This document shows positions 16,280 through 25,385 of a stretch of 29,466 nt of DNA, piece by piece. The notes beneath the pieces are model-generated. The model ran no database searches, was not told the origin of the DNA, and worked only from the letters and a program-made list of their open reading frames with translations. The position numbers and the translations under genes are program-made. The stretch lies in contig JAWOHE010000030.1 of the NCBI GenBank assembly GCA_046485285.1, forward strand, positions 1 to 29,466, given 5' to 3'. This stretch comes from a bacterium (GTDB lineage Bacteria; Hydrothermota; Tepidihabitantia; Tepidihabitantales; Tepidihabitantaceae). The first letter of the stretch is position 1. Each line of letters begins with the position of its first letter.

Positions 16280-17958
16280 AGGGTTCAAGAATCAAGTTCG
16301 CGATACTGATCGTGGCGATCGCGCTGGGCATCTGGGCACTGGTGCCGACCTGGCAGCTCTACTCCCAGATGCCGAGGGCCGAGCGGGCGCTCAAGGACAA
16401 GATGTCCCGCGCCACGACCCGCAGCGACAGCCTCAAGGTCGAGGCAGAGGTGGTCCAGCACCAGAAGCAACTCGCTTTGCTGCACAAGCGGGCGCTGCAC
16501 CTCGGCCTTGACATCGTCGGCGGGATGCACCTCGTGCTTGAGGTCGACAACACCGGGCTGAGCCGTGAGGACGCCCGAGACGCGGCCGACCGCGCTCTCG
16601 AGGTAATCCACAACCGCATCGACGAGTTCGGGGTCTACGAGCCGATCATCCAGAAGATCGGGCAGGACCGGATCCTCGTCCAATTGCCCGGTGTTGACCG
16701 CGACCGGGCCAAGGGGCTGATCGGCCAGACCGCCCTGCTCAAGTTCCAGCTCGTCGCCGAGGAGCGGGTGGCCTATGACGCGCTCAAGAAGGTCGCGGAC
16801 CGGCTCGCCGCCGGTCTCGAACCCGGGCCAGCGTCGGTCGACTCTCTGGCGAGCAACGATACGACTTCGGCGGACACCGGGCTGGCCACCATCGGCGGCG
16901 AGGATAGCGACCGGTTGCTCAGCTTCGTCCGGACGATCGGCGGCGACTTCGGGGTCGACGATGCCGATTACCGGGAGTTCCGCCGGATGCTCGAGAGTGC
17001 CCGGGCGCACTGGCCCGAGGGCTTCGAGTTCCTGTTCGGAGCGGTCGAGGAACACGAGGGGCGTGACGTCAGGCGGTTCTACCTGCTCAAGGCCGAGCCG
17101 GAGATGCTGGGTTCGGCGATCAAGGATGCCCGGCCGGCGCCCTACCAGGGTTCCGACCCGTCGCTGATCAACACCTGGATCGTCAATCTCAAGCTCGAGC
17201 GCAAGGAGGCCAACGACTTCGCCCAGATCACCGGCCGCAACATCGGGCGCAAGCTGGCGATCGTCCTCGACAACGTTGTGAAGTCGGCGCCGGTCATCCA
17301 GTCCCGTATCCCGCCTGACGCCGGCGCGATGATCACGACCAACGACATCAACCCGGATGACTCCCGCGACCTGGCGATAGTCCTTCGCTCGGGCGCGCTT
17401 CCCGCGCCGGTCGAGATCGTCGAGGAGCGCTCGGTCGGTCCGTCGCTGGGCAACGACTCGATCCGGCAGGGCGTCCTGGCCGGGTTGATCGGCGCGCTGG
17501 CGGTGCTGGTCTTCATGGTCATCTACTACGCGGTCGGCGGCGCGCTGGCCGACATGGCGCTGGTCTTCAATATCTTCTTTCTGCTCGCGGTGCTCGCCGG
17601 TCTGCGCGCGACGCTGACCCTGCCGGGCCTGGCCGGCATCGCGCTGACAATCGGGATGGCGGTCGACGCCAACGTGCTGGTCTTCGAGCGCATCAGGGAG
17701 GAACTGCGCGGGGGCAAGACGCCGATGGCGGCGGTCGACACCGGCTACGACCGCGCGTTGGTGACGATCATCGACGCCAACGCGACCACGGTCATCACCG
17801 CGATCGCGCTCTATTTCATCGGCAGCGGGCCGATCCGGGGATTCGCGATCACGCTGATCGCCGGCCTGGTCATCAACGTCATCACGGCAGTGTTCCTGAC
17901 GAGGTTCATCTTTGACTGGTTCCTGAGCCGGTTCGAGGTCAGGAAGCTGAGGATCTGA
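16276..17958 (+). CDS. secD: Protein translocase subunit SecD
   Basis: Motifs LGLDIVGG, RIDEFGVYEP, AIVLD, LRSGALPA, VGPSLG, TLTLPGLAG and GMAVDANVLVFERIREE. Confidence 0.96.
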   Translation: MKGSRIKFAILIVAIALGIWALVPTWQLYSQMPRAERALKDKMSRATTRSDSLKVEAEVVQHQKQLALLHKRALHLGLDIVGGMHLVLEVDNTGLSREDARDAADRALEVIHNRIDEFGVYEPIIQKIGQDRILVQLPGVDRDRAKGLIGQTALLKFQLVAEERVAYDALKKVADRLAAGLEPGPASVDSLASNDTTSADTGLATIGGEDSDRLLSFVRTIGGDFGVDDADYREFRRMLESARAHWPEGFEFLFGAVEEHEGRDVRRFYLLKAEPEMLGSAIKDARPAPYQGSDPSLINTWIVNLKLERKEANDFAQITGRNIGRKLAIVLDNVVKSAPVIQSRIPPDAGAMITTNDINPDDSRDLAIVLRSGALPAPVEIVEERSVGPSLGNDSIRQGVLAGLIGALAVLVFMVIYYAVGGALADMALVFNIFFLLAVLAGLRATLTLPGLAGIALTIGMAVDANVLVFERIREELRGGKTPMAAVDTGYDRALVTIIDANATTVITAIALYFIGSGPIRGFAITLIAGLVINVITAVFLTRFIFDWFLSRFEVRKLRI

Positions 17959-17960
17959 CA

Positions 17961-18869
17961 ATGAGACTGATTGGCGACACCCACTTCGACTTCGTCGGCC
18001 GGCGCCGCTTGTACTTCCTGGTTTCAGCCGGGCTGATCGTCCTGAGCATCGTGGCCTACTTCGCCCGGGGCGGGTTCAACTATGGCGTCGACTTCACCGG
18101 CGGGACCCTGCTCCACGTTCGTTTTGAGCAGCCGGTCGCTACGAGCGCGGTCCGTGCGGCGATCGAAGCGATCGGCGAGAGCAACGCCTCGGTCCAGCAG
18201 GACGAGGAAGGCGACTTCATGATCCGGGTCCGGGCCCGGGAGTTCGAGGGCGAGGAAGGAGGTTTCTCGGACCGGGTTGAGCGTCAGTTCGAGGAGGCGT
18301 TCCCGGGCAACCGGTTCGAAGTGCTGCGCGAGGAGACGGTCGGGCCACGGGTATCGAAGGAGCTACAGGGCAAGGTCCTCCTTGCGGTCTTGCTCGGGAT
18401 CGTCGGCATACTGCTCTACGTCAGCTTCCGGTTCGACCTGCGGTTCGGGGTCGGCGGGGTGCTGGCGCTCGTCCACGACTCCCTCATCACGCTCGGGTTC
18501 GTGCTCCTGTTCAACAAGGAGATCACGATCACGCTCATCGCCGCGGTCCTGACGGTCATCGGCTACTCGGTCAACGACTCGATCGTCGTGTCGGACCGGA
18601 TCCGGGAGATGATGCGCAGGCCGCGCAAGGACACCTTTGACAGCCTTGTCAACAACGCCGTCAATGAAGTGCTCAACCGTACGGTCATCACCGGGATAAC
18701 GACGCTCTTGGTTACGCTCGCGATGCTCATCCTCGGTGCGGCGGCAATCAAGGACTTCGCCTTCGTGATGACGGTCGGCATCGTTGTCGGCACCTACTCC
18801 TCGATCTTCATCGTTGCGAACTCGGTCGTCGAGTGGGAGCACCGGCTGCCGAGTAAGCGCCGCGGCTAA
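17961..18869 (+). CDS. secF: Protein translocase subunit SecF
   Basis: Motifs GVDFTGGT, VGPRVS.EL, HD, GYSVNDSIVVSDRIRE and GTYSSIF. Confidence 0.96.
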   Translation: MRLIGDTHFDFVGRRRLYFLVSAGLIVLSIVAYFARGGFNYGVDFTGGTLLHVRFEQPVATSAVRAAIEAIGESNASVQQDEEGDFMIRVRAREFEGEEGGFSDRVERQFEEAFPGNRFEVLREETVGPRVSKELQGKVLLAVLLGIVGILLYVSFRFDLRFGVGGVLALVHDSLITLGFVLLFNKEITITLIAAVLTVIGYSVNDSIVVSDRIREMMRRPRKDTFDSLVNNAVNEVLNRTVITGITTLLVTLAMLILGAAAIKDFAFVMTVGIVVGTYSSIFIVANSVVEWEHRLPSKRRG

Positions 18870-18881
18870 GGGACGGTCGAA

Positions 18882-19388
18882 GTGCCGGAGCGCCGGCACG
18901 GCCCGGGCTTCCTGCTCAAGGCTGCCCTCGGCAGCGGGCTCGGCACCGGCTTCGCTCCGGTGGCGCCGGCGACGGTCACCAGCCTGCTTGCGCTTCTGCC
19001 GGCTTGGTACCTGCGGCCGTTCCCGTTCTGGCACGCCCTTGCCGCGACAGCGGTGTTCCTCGCCGGGGTGCCGATAGCCACTGACCTCGAGCGGGCCTGG
19101 GGCCATGACCCGGGCCGGGTGACGATCGATGAGGTCGCTGGCACGCTCATTACATTCATCGCCCTGCCGCCGGTAACGCTCCCGGGCCTGTTCCTCGGCT
19201 TCCTGGTCTGGCGGTTCTTCGACATCGTCAAGCTGCCATTTATTGACCGGTCCCAGCGCCTGCCCGGCGGCTGGGGGATAATGACCGACGACGCCCTGGC
19301 CGGAATCTGCGCCAACCTGACGATGCAGGCGGTCACCCGGCTGCTGCCGCTCGCGGTCCCGGCGCTCGGTCCCCTGCTCCGGCGATGA
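18882..19388 (+). CDS. pgpA: Phosphatidylglycerophosphatase A
   Basis: Motifs G.G.AP.APAT, HDPGRVTIDEVAG, RFFDIVK and GGWGIMTDDALAG. Confidence 0.9.
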   Translation: MPERRHGPGFLLKAALGSGLGTGFAPVAPATVTSLLALLPAWYLRPFPFWHALAATAVFLAGVPIATDLERAWGHDPGRVTIDEVAGTLITFIALPPVTLPGLFLGFLVWRFFDIVKLPFIDRSQRLPGGWGIMTDDALAGICANLTMQAVTRLLPLAVPALGPLLRR

Positions 19389-20611
19389 GACCCGACGTCG
19401 AACTGCTCGTCGTCGGCGACGAACTCCAGTCCGGCCGGGTCACCGACACCAACTCGACCTTCCTCGGCCGACGGCTGTTCGAGGCCGGCCTGCCGGTCGT
19501 GCGGCGCACCGTTGTCGGCGACGACCCGGCGGCGATTGCCGGTGCGCTCGGCGAGGCACTGGGCCGGGCAGGACTGGTCTTCGTGGTCGGCGGGCTCGGC
19601 CCGACCCCGGACGACCGGACGTTCGAGGCGGTCGCGGCCGCGACCGGTCGCAGGCTGACCGAACACCAACCAACGCTTCGGCAGATCGAGGCGCGCTTCC
19701 GGCGCGCGGGCCGGCGCGTGCCGGCACTGTCCCGGCGACAGGCGCGGGTGCCAACGGGCGCGCGGCTGTTCGCGAACCCGGTCGGAATGGTGCCGGGCAC
19801 GCTACTCGAGCACCGGGGCGCGTCGCTCGTCATCCTGCCCGGGGTGCCGGCCGAACTCGAGGCACTCTATGACGCGATCGAGCCGGAACTCCGGCAGCGA
19901 TTCCGGGCCCGGGCCGCAGGCCGGGCCCGGATCCGGGTTGCCGTGGTTCCCGAGTCGGCGCTCGCGCCGGTGGTCGAACGCGTGCTCCGTCGCCACCCGG
20001 GGGTGATGTCGGCCTACTACCCCTCGACGACCGGAGTTGATGTCGTGCTGTCAGCGGGCGCGGCGCGGAGGCTCGGGCGTGCCGCGGCCGCGGTCCGGCG
20101 GGCAATCGGCGGCAGCGTGTTTGAGGTCGGGGACCGTGACCTGGCCGAGGTCGTCGGCGGGCTGGCCCGCGCACGGAGGCTGGTGCTCTCGACCGCGGAG
20201 TCCTGCACCGGTGGGATGGTCGCGGCCCGGCTGACCGACGTGCCGGGCAGTTCGGAGTGGTTCGCGGGCGGGGTGGTGGCCTACTCTAATGCCGCCAAGT
20301 CCGCGCTCCTGGGCGTCAGCGAGGCGACGCTCGCGCGCCACGGCGCGGTGAGCCGGCCGACGGCCAGGCAGATGGCGCTCGGCGCCTGCCGGCGGTTCGG
20401 GACCAGTGTCGGCATCGCGGTGTCGGGCATCGCCGGCCCGGGCGGCGGAAGCCCGGCGAAGCCGGTTGGGCTGGTGTTCGTCGCGGCCGCGGTCCGGGGC
20501 CGGGCCCGGGGCGAGCGGTTCCTGTTCGCCGGCCCGCGGCGGTCGGTGCGCGAGCGGGCGACCGCCGCGGCGCTCGACCTCTGCCGCCGGGCGCTCGAGG
20601 CCGGGAGCTGA
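19385..20611 (+). CDS. cinA: Competence/damage-inducible protein CinA (MoCF-like domain plus NMN deamidase domain)
   Basis: Motifs VGDELQSG...DTNS, GGLGPTPDDRT, LPGVPAE, AESCTGG, GVVAYSN and GIAGPGGG. Confidence 0.92.
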   Translation: MRPDVELLVVGDELQSGRVTDTNSTFLGRRLFEAGLPVVRRTVVGDDPAAIAGALGEALGRAGLVFVVGGLGPTPDDRTFEAVAAATGRRLTEHQPTLRQIEARFRRAGRRVPALSRRQARVPTGARLFANPVGMVPGTLLEHRGASLVILPGVPAELEALYDAIEPELRQRFRARAAGRARIRVAVVPESALAPVVERVLRRHPGVMSAYYPSTTGVDVVLSAGAARRLGRAAAAVRRAIGGSVFEVGDRDLAEVVGGLARARRLVLSTAESCTGGMVAARLTDVPGSSEWFAGGVVAYSNAAKSALLGVSEATLARHGAVSRPTARQMALGACRRFGTSVGIAVSGIAGPGGGSPAKPVGLVFVAAAVRGRARGERFLFAGPRRSVRERATAAALDLCRRALEAGS

Positions 20612-20612
20612 G

Positions 20613-21164
20613 TTGCGGTGCTTCGTTGCGGTCGAGACATCGCCCGAGGTTCGGCGAGACATCGGCCGACTCCAGCAGGAGCTCAGGGCGTGCGCACCGG
20701 GCGTCCGCTGGGTCCGGCCCGAGGCGATGCACCTCACGCTTGCTTTCCTCGGCGAGGTGGACGCGGATTTCGTCGCGGCCGCGCGCGGGCCTCTGGCCGC
20801 GGCCTGCGCCGGCCACGCGGCGTTCGCCGCCCGCCCGGCCGGGCTGGGCGCGTTCGGCAGCCCGCGCCGGGCGCGGGTGCTCTGGGTCGGGATGGACCGG
20901 GGCCGGGATGAGCTGGTCAGGCTCGCGCGTTCGGTCAACGACGCGCTCCGGGCGGTCGGCTTCCGGCCCGAGGCGCGGCCGTTCAGTCCGCACCTGACCC
21001 TCGGCCGCCTGCGCGAACCGGCCGACCTCTCGGCGGCGACTGCCCGGGAGTACGCGGCGCGGGAGTTTGCGGTCGAGCGGGTCGTACTGTTCGAGAGCGA
21101 GCTGAGGCCCGAGGGGCCGCGCTATTCCGCGCTCGCCGAGTTCCCACTCGCGGCCCGCGCTTGA
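20613..21164 (+). CDS. thpR: RNA 2',3'-cyclic phosphodiesterase (2'-5' RNA ligase family, 2H phosphoesterase)
   Basis: TTG start right after the cinA stop gives (M)RCFVAV. Two HxT motifs (MHLTLAFLG, PHLTLGR) and C-terminal 'SELRPEGPRY'. Confidence 0.9.
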   Translation: MRCFVAVETSPEVRRDIGRLQQELRACAPGVRWVRPEAMHLTLAFLGEVDADFVAAARGPLAAACAGHAAFAARPAGLGAFGSPRRARVLWVGMDRGRDELVRLARSVNDALRAVGFRPEARPFSPHLTLGRLREPADLSAATAREYAAREFAVERVVLFESELRPEGPRYSALAEFPLAARA

Positions 21165-21189
21165 CAGCGCGCAGGCCCGGCGCGAAGAT
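21161..21189 (+). promoter_or_regulatory. Possible promoter for the nfeD-SPFH operon
   Basis: Perfect TTGACA at 21161-21166 overlaps the thpR stop. The -10 at 17 nt is weak (GAAGAT). Confidence 0.4.
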
Positions 21190-21255
21190 ATCACCGGATG
21201 AACCGGCAGCGCGGCCCGGGGTCGAGCGGGGCGTTGCCCGTTCCCGGAGGCTAAC

Positions 21256-21699
21256 ATGCTGAAACCGACGCCCGTTTTCTGGATCGTCGCCGGGCTTGTC
21301 GTCGCGGCCCTCGAGATGGTCGTGCCCGGCTTCGTGATAATCTGGTTCGGGGTCGCGGCGGTCGTCACCGGCATCGTCGCGTTCTTCGTCCCGAGCCCGG
21401 TCGCGCAGCTCGCGGTGTTCGCGGTCCTGTCCGGCGCGCTGGTGGCCGCGTCGCAGTTCATCGCCCGCCGGATCACCAGGCCCGAGCCCGAGCCGGTCGG
21501 CGCGCACCGGTGGCTCGGCGCGCAGGGCATCGTCCTGGCGGACATCCGGCCGCCCGAGCTGGGCCGGGTGAAGATACTCGGAGAGGAGTGGCGCGCGCGG
21601 GCCGGGTCGGCAATCGAAGCCGGCCGGACCGTGCGCGTGCGCGAAGTCAGCGGAACCCACCTGGTCGTCGAACCGTGGGAAGAAGGGAGCAAGTCGTGA
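21256..21699 (+). CDS. NfeD-family (short, YbbJ-like) membrane protein
   Basis: Three TM helices ('W..AGL..AALEM.VPGF..IWFG') and an OB-fold '[12 protein letters not shown]...[11 protein letters not shown]'. SD GGAGG. Confidence 0.9.
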   Translation: MLKPTPVFWIVAGLVVAALEMVVPGFVIIWFGVAAVVTGIVAFFVPSPVAQLAVFAVLSGALVAASQFIARRITRPEPEPVGAHRWLGAQGIVLADIRPPELGRVKILGEEWRARAGSAIEAGRTVRVREVSGTHLVVEPWEEGSKS

Positions 21700-22619
21700 C
21701 CGTGTTGATAGTCGTCATCATCCTGTTCGTGTTCTTCTGGGCGCTCCTGGGCATCAGGATCGTCCGGCCGTACCAGCGGGCCTGCGTCGAGCGGCTGGGC
21801 AAGTACCAGCGGACGGTTTCCCCCGGGCTCAACTTCATCCTGCCCTTCCTCGAGCGGCTCATCAAGGTTGACATGCGCGAGCAGGTCGTCGACGTGCCGC
21901 CGCAGGAGGTCATCACCCAGGACAACGCGACCGTCACCGTCGACGCGGTCATCTACTACGAGGTGACCGACCCGGTCAAGGTCCTTTACAATGTCGCTCA
22001 GTTCCGGCTCGCGACGATCAAGCTGGCCCAGACCAACCTCCGCAACGTCGTCGGCGACCTGAGCCTCGACGAGTCGCTGACCTCGCGCGAGCGGATCAAC
22101 GCCCGCCTGCGCGACGTCCTCGACGAAGCGACCGACAAGTGGGGCGCCAAGGTCACCCGCGTCGAGCTCCAGCGCATCGAGCCGCCGGGCGACGTCACCG
22201 AGGCGATGCACCGGCAGATGAAGGCCGAGCGCGACCGGCGCGCGGCGGTGCTGGAGGCCGAGGGCTTCAAGCAGGCGCAGATCCTCAAGGCCGACGGCGA
22301 GCGCCAGGCGCGGGTGCTCGAGGCAACCGGCCAGGCCGAGGCAATCGAGCGGGTCGCGACGGCCGAGAAGTTCAAGCTGCTAACCGTCGCCGAGGGCGAG
22401 GGCCAAGCGATCGAGCGGGTCTACCAGGCCATCCACAACGGCAACCCGACCAAGGACCTGATCACCATCAAGTACCTCGAGGCGCTCGCCAAGATGGCCG
22501 ACGGCAAGGCGGCGAAGATGTTCGTGCCCTACGAGGCCTCGGGCGTGCTCAGCGCCATCGGCGTGGTCGGCGAGCTGCTGAAGGAGAAGGCAGCCGCCGC
22601 ACCGCCCGCCAAGGGGTAG
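21696..22619 (+). CDS. SPFH/Band 7 (QmcA/stomatin-like) protein
   Basis: GTG start overlaps the nfeD stop (GTGA). Motifs [39 protein letters not shown] and QMKAER.RRA. Confidence 0.93.
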   Translation: MTVLIVVIILFVFFWALLGIRIVRPYQRACVERLGKYQRTVSPGLNFILPFLERLIKVDMREQVVDVPPQEVITQDNATVTVDAVIYYEVTDPVKVLYNVAQFRLATIKLAQTNLRNVVGDLSLDESLTSRERINARLRDVLDEATDKWGAKVTRVELQRIEPPGDVTEAMHRQMKAERDRRAAVLEAEGFKQAQILKADGERQARVLEATGQAEAIERVATAEKFKLLTVAEGEGQAIERVYQAIHNGNPTKDLITIKYLEALAKMADGKAAKMFVPYEASGVLSAIGVVGELLKEKAAAAPPAKG

Positions 22620-22637
22620 CCGACTCGACGCTGTCCA

Positions 22638-25385
22638 GTGAGGCCTGAGCAGACCGCGGCCGGGCGGGCGGCGGGCCCGGCCTGGCACCAGCTCCCGCCC
22701 GAGGCCGCGCTGGCGCGGCTCGGGAGCTCGCGGGAGCGCGGGCTCGGGGCAGAGGACGCCGCCCGGCGACTGGCCGAGTCCGGCCCGAACGCGCTTGTCG
22801 AGCGCGGGATGAAGAGCCCGTGGCTGATGCTCCTCGAGCAGTTCACCTCGGTGATGGTCGTCATCCTCATCGCCGCCGCGGCGATATCGCTCGTGCTCCA
22901 CGAAACCACCGACGCCATCGTCATCGGCGTCATCGTCGTGCTCAATGCCCTGCTCGGGTTCTTCCAGGAGTACCGGGCCGAGAAGGCGATGCAGGCGCTC
23001 AAGCGGCTGGCGGTGCCTGTCGTCCGGGTCCGGCGCGACGGCCGGGTCGTCGAGCTGTCAAGCCGCGAACTCGTGCCGGGCGACGTCGTCCTGCTCGAGG
23101 CGGGCAGTCACGTCCCGGCCGACGGCCGCCTGCTCGAGGCGGCCGGGCTGCGCTGCCAGGAGGCGGCGCTGACCGGCGAGTCCGAGCCGGTCAGCAAGCA
23201 CTTGGACGCACTGGCTGCGGAGAACCTCGCGCTGGGCGACCGCCGGAACATGGTCTACTTCGGCACCGCGGTCGTCGCCGGCCGCGGAACCGCGGTCATC
23301 ACCGAGACCGGGATGGCGACCGAGCTCGGCCGCATCGCCGACATGCTCCAGGGCGTCCGGCGCGAGCCGTCGCCGCTCTCGAAACGGATGGCCCAGCTCG
23401 CCCGCAGCCTCGCCATCGGCGTCGCGGGCATCGTCGCGGTCGTGTTCGGGCTCGGCCTGCTCCGGGGCGAGGATGCCCGGGTGATGCTCCTGACCGCGAT
23501 CGGGATGGCGGTCGCGGCCATCCCGGAAGGTCTGGCCGCGGTGGTGACGATCGCGCTGGCGCTGGGCGCCCAGCGGATGCTGGGCCGCCGGGCGCTCATC
23601 CGCAAGCTCCACGCGGTCGAGACGCTCGGATCGGTGACGGTCATCTGCACCGACAAGACCGGCACGCTGACCGAGAACCGGATGACCGTCGCGGTCCTCG
23701 ACGTCGCCGGCCACCGCCGCGACGTCACCGAGACAACGGCCCGGGGCCGGACGACGCTGGCCGCGGGCGGCCCGGCCCGGCTCGACCACCCGGCGCTCGA
23801 ACTGGCGCTGGTCGGCGGCGCGCTCTGCAACGACGCGGTGCTCCAGCCCGCGCCGGACGGGCGGCTGGCGGCGGTCGGCGACCCGACCGAGGGCGCGCTG
23901 GTCGTCGCGGCCGCGTCGTTCGGGTTCATCAAGCCCGAGCTCGAGGCCGCCCTGCCGCGTGTCGCGGAAGTGCCGTTCGACTCCGAGCGCAAGCGGATGA
24001 CGACCGTCCACGAGGTCCGGGACGTGGCGCGGCTGCCGTGGCTGGCGGGGGCGCGCCGGGTCGCGTTCACCAAGGGCGCGGTCGATGTCCTGCTTGGCAT
24101 CGCCGGCACGGCGTGGGACGAGGGTCGGGCCGTGCCGATCGACGAGGCGATGGCCGCGCGCATCCGGGCGGCCAACGACGAACTTGCCCGGGCCGGGATG
24201 AGGGTGCTCGGGGTGGCGTTCCGGCCGCTGGCCGCGGACGAGGACGCCACGGCCGCGGAGGCCGGGCTCTGCCTGGTCGGGCTCGCGGCGATGATCGACC
24301 CGCCGCGGGCCGAGGTACCGGAGGCGGTCGAGCTCTGCCGGACCGCGGGCATCCGCCCGGTGATGATAACCGGCGACCACCCGCTGACCGCGCGGACGAT
24401 CGCCGAGGAGCTCGGGTTCGACACCGGTCGGGTCGTTTCCGGGGCGGAGCTGGCCGGGCTCGACGAGGCGGGGTTCGCGCAGGTGACGAGCGAGGCGTCG
24501 GTCTTCGCCCGGGTCGCGCCCGAGCAGAAGCTTGACATCGTCCGGGCATTCAAGGCCCGGGGCGCGGTGACCGCGATGACCGGCGACGGGGTCAACGACG
24601 CGCCCGCGCTCCGGCAGGCGGACATCGGCGTCGCGATGGGCATCACCGGCACCGACGTCGCCAAGGAGGCGTCGGATATGGTCCTGCTCGACGACAACTT
24701 CGCGACGATCGTCGCGGCGGTGCGCGAGGGCCGGGTCATCTACGACAACATCCGCAAGTTCATCCGCTACACGCTGACCTCGAACGCGGGCGAAATCTGG
24801 GTGATGCTGCTCGCGCCGTTCCTCGGGATGGGCCTGCCGCTCCTGCCGGTCCAGATCCTCTGGGTCAACCTCGTCACCGACGGACTGCCCGGCCTGGCGC
24901 TCGGCGTCGAGCCACCCGAACGCGGGGTGATGAAGCGGCCGCCCCTGCCGCTCAACCGCAACATCCTCGGCGGCGGGATGGGCGTCGACATCATCTGGAT
25001 AGGACTGCTGATGGGCGTCGTGTCACTGCTCCACGGGTTCGTCGCGATGAAGCTGGGCGTGCCGAGGGCGGAGTGGATGACGATGGTATTCACGACCCTG
25101 ACCCTCGGCCAGATGGGCAACGCGCTGGCGATCCGCTCGAGCCGTGACTCGCTCTTCAGCATCGGCCCGCTCAGCAACCGGCCGCTGATTGGCGCGATCC
25201 TCCTGACCTTCGGCCTGCAGATGGCGATAACCTACATACCGTTCCTCCAGCCGGTGTTCCACACCGCCCCGCTCTCGCCGCTCGAGCTCGCGGTCAGCCT
25301 CGCGCTGAGCACGGTCGTGTTCTGGGCGATCGAGCTCCGCAAGCTCATCGGCCGGCGGCTGGGCAGGGGACCCGGGCGTGACTGA
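22638..25385 (+). CDS. Cation-translocating P-type ATPase, P2A (Ca2+-type)
   Basis: Motifs TGES, PEGL, DKTGTLT, FDSERKRM, KGA, DPPR, MITGD and TGDGVNDAPAL. M5 is SNAGE and M6 is WVNLVTDGLP. Confidence 0.95.
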   Translation: MRPEQTAAGRAAGPAWHQLPPEAALARLGSSRERGLGAEDAARRLAESGPNALVERGMKSPWLMLLEQFTSVMVVILIAAAAISLVLHETTDAIVIGVIVVLNALLGFFQEYRAEKAMQALKRLAVPVVRVRRDGRVVELSSRELVPGDVVLLEAGSHVPADGRLLEAAGLRCQEAALTGESEPVSKHLDALAAENLALGDRRNMVYFGTAVVAGRGTAVITETGMATELGRIADMLQGVRREPSPLSKRMAQLARSLAIGVAGIVAVVFGLGLLRGEDARVMLLTAIGMAVAAIPEGLAAVVTIALALGAQRMLGRRALIRKLHAVETLGSVTVICTDKTGTLTENRMTVAVLDVAGHRRDVTETTARGRTTLAAGGPARLDHPALELALVGGALCNDAVLQPAPDGRLAAVGDPTEGALVVAAASFGFIKPELEAALPRVAEVPFDSERKRMTTVHEVRDVARLPWLAGARRVAFTKGAVDVLLGIAGTAWDEGRAVPIDEAMAARIRAANDELARAGMRVLGVAFRPLAADEDATAAEAGLCLVGLAAMIDPPRAEVPEAVELCRTAGIRPVMITGDHPLTARTIAEELGFDTGRVVSGAELAGLDEAGFAQVTSEASVFARVAPEQKLDIVRAFKARGAVTAMTGDGVNDAPALRQADIGVAMGITGTDVAKEASDMVLLDDNFATIVAAVREGRVIYDNIRKFIRYTLTSNAGEIWVMLLAPFLGMGLPLLPVQILWVNLVTDGLPGLALGVEPPERGVMKRPPLPLNRNILGGGMGVDIIWIGLLMGVVSLLHGFVAMKLGVPRAEWMTMVFTTLTLGQMGNALAIRSSRDSLFSIGPLSNRPLIGAILLTFGLQMAITYIPFLQPVFHTAPLSPLELAVSLALSTVVFWAIELRKLIGRRLGRGPGRD

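Noticed and set aside
16285-17961. Long antisense ORFs over secD, and likewise over thiolase, SPFH, the ATPase and the GT-C gene
   Set aside because: These are typical stop-poor shadow frames of high-GC coding DNA. The opposite strand carries the clear family motifs.
20406-20612. N-terminal extension of thpR overlapping cinA
   Set aside because: Homology begins at (M)RCFVAV with TTG 20613. The extension is an out-of-frame read of cinA.
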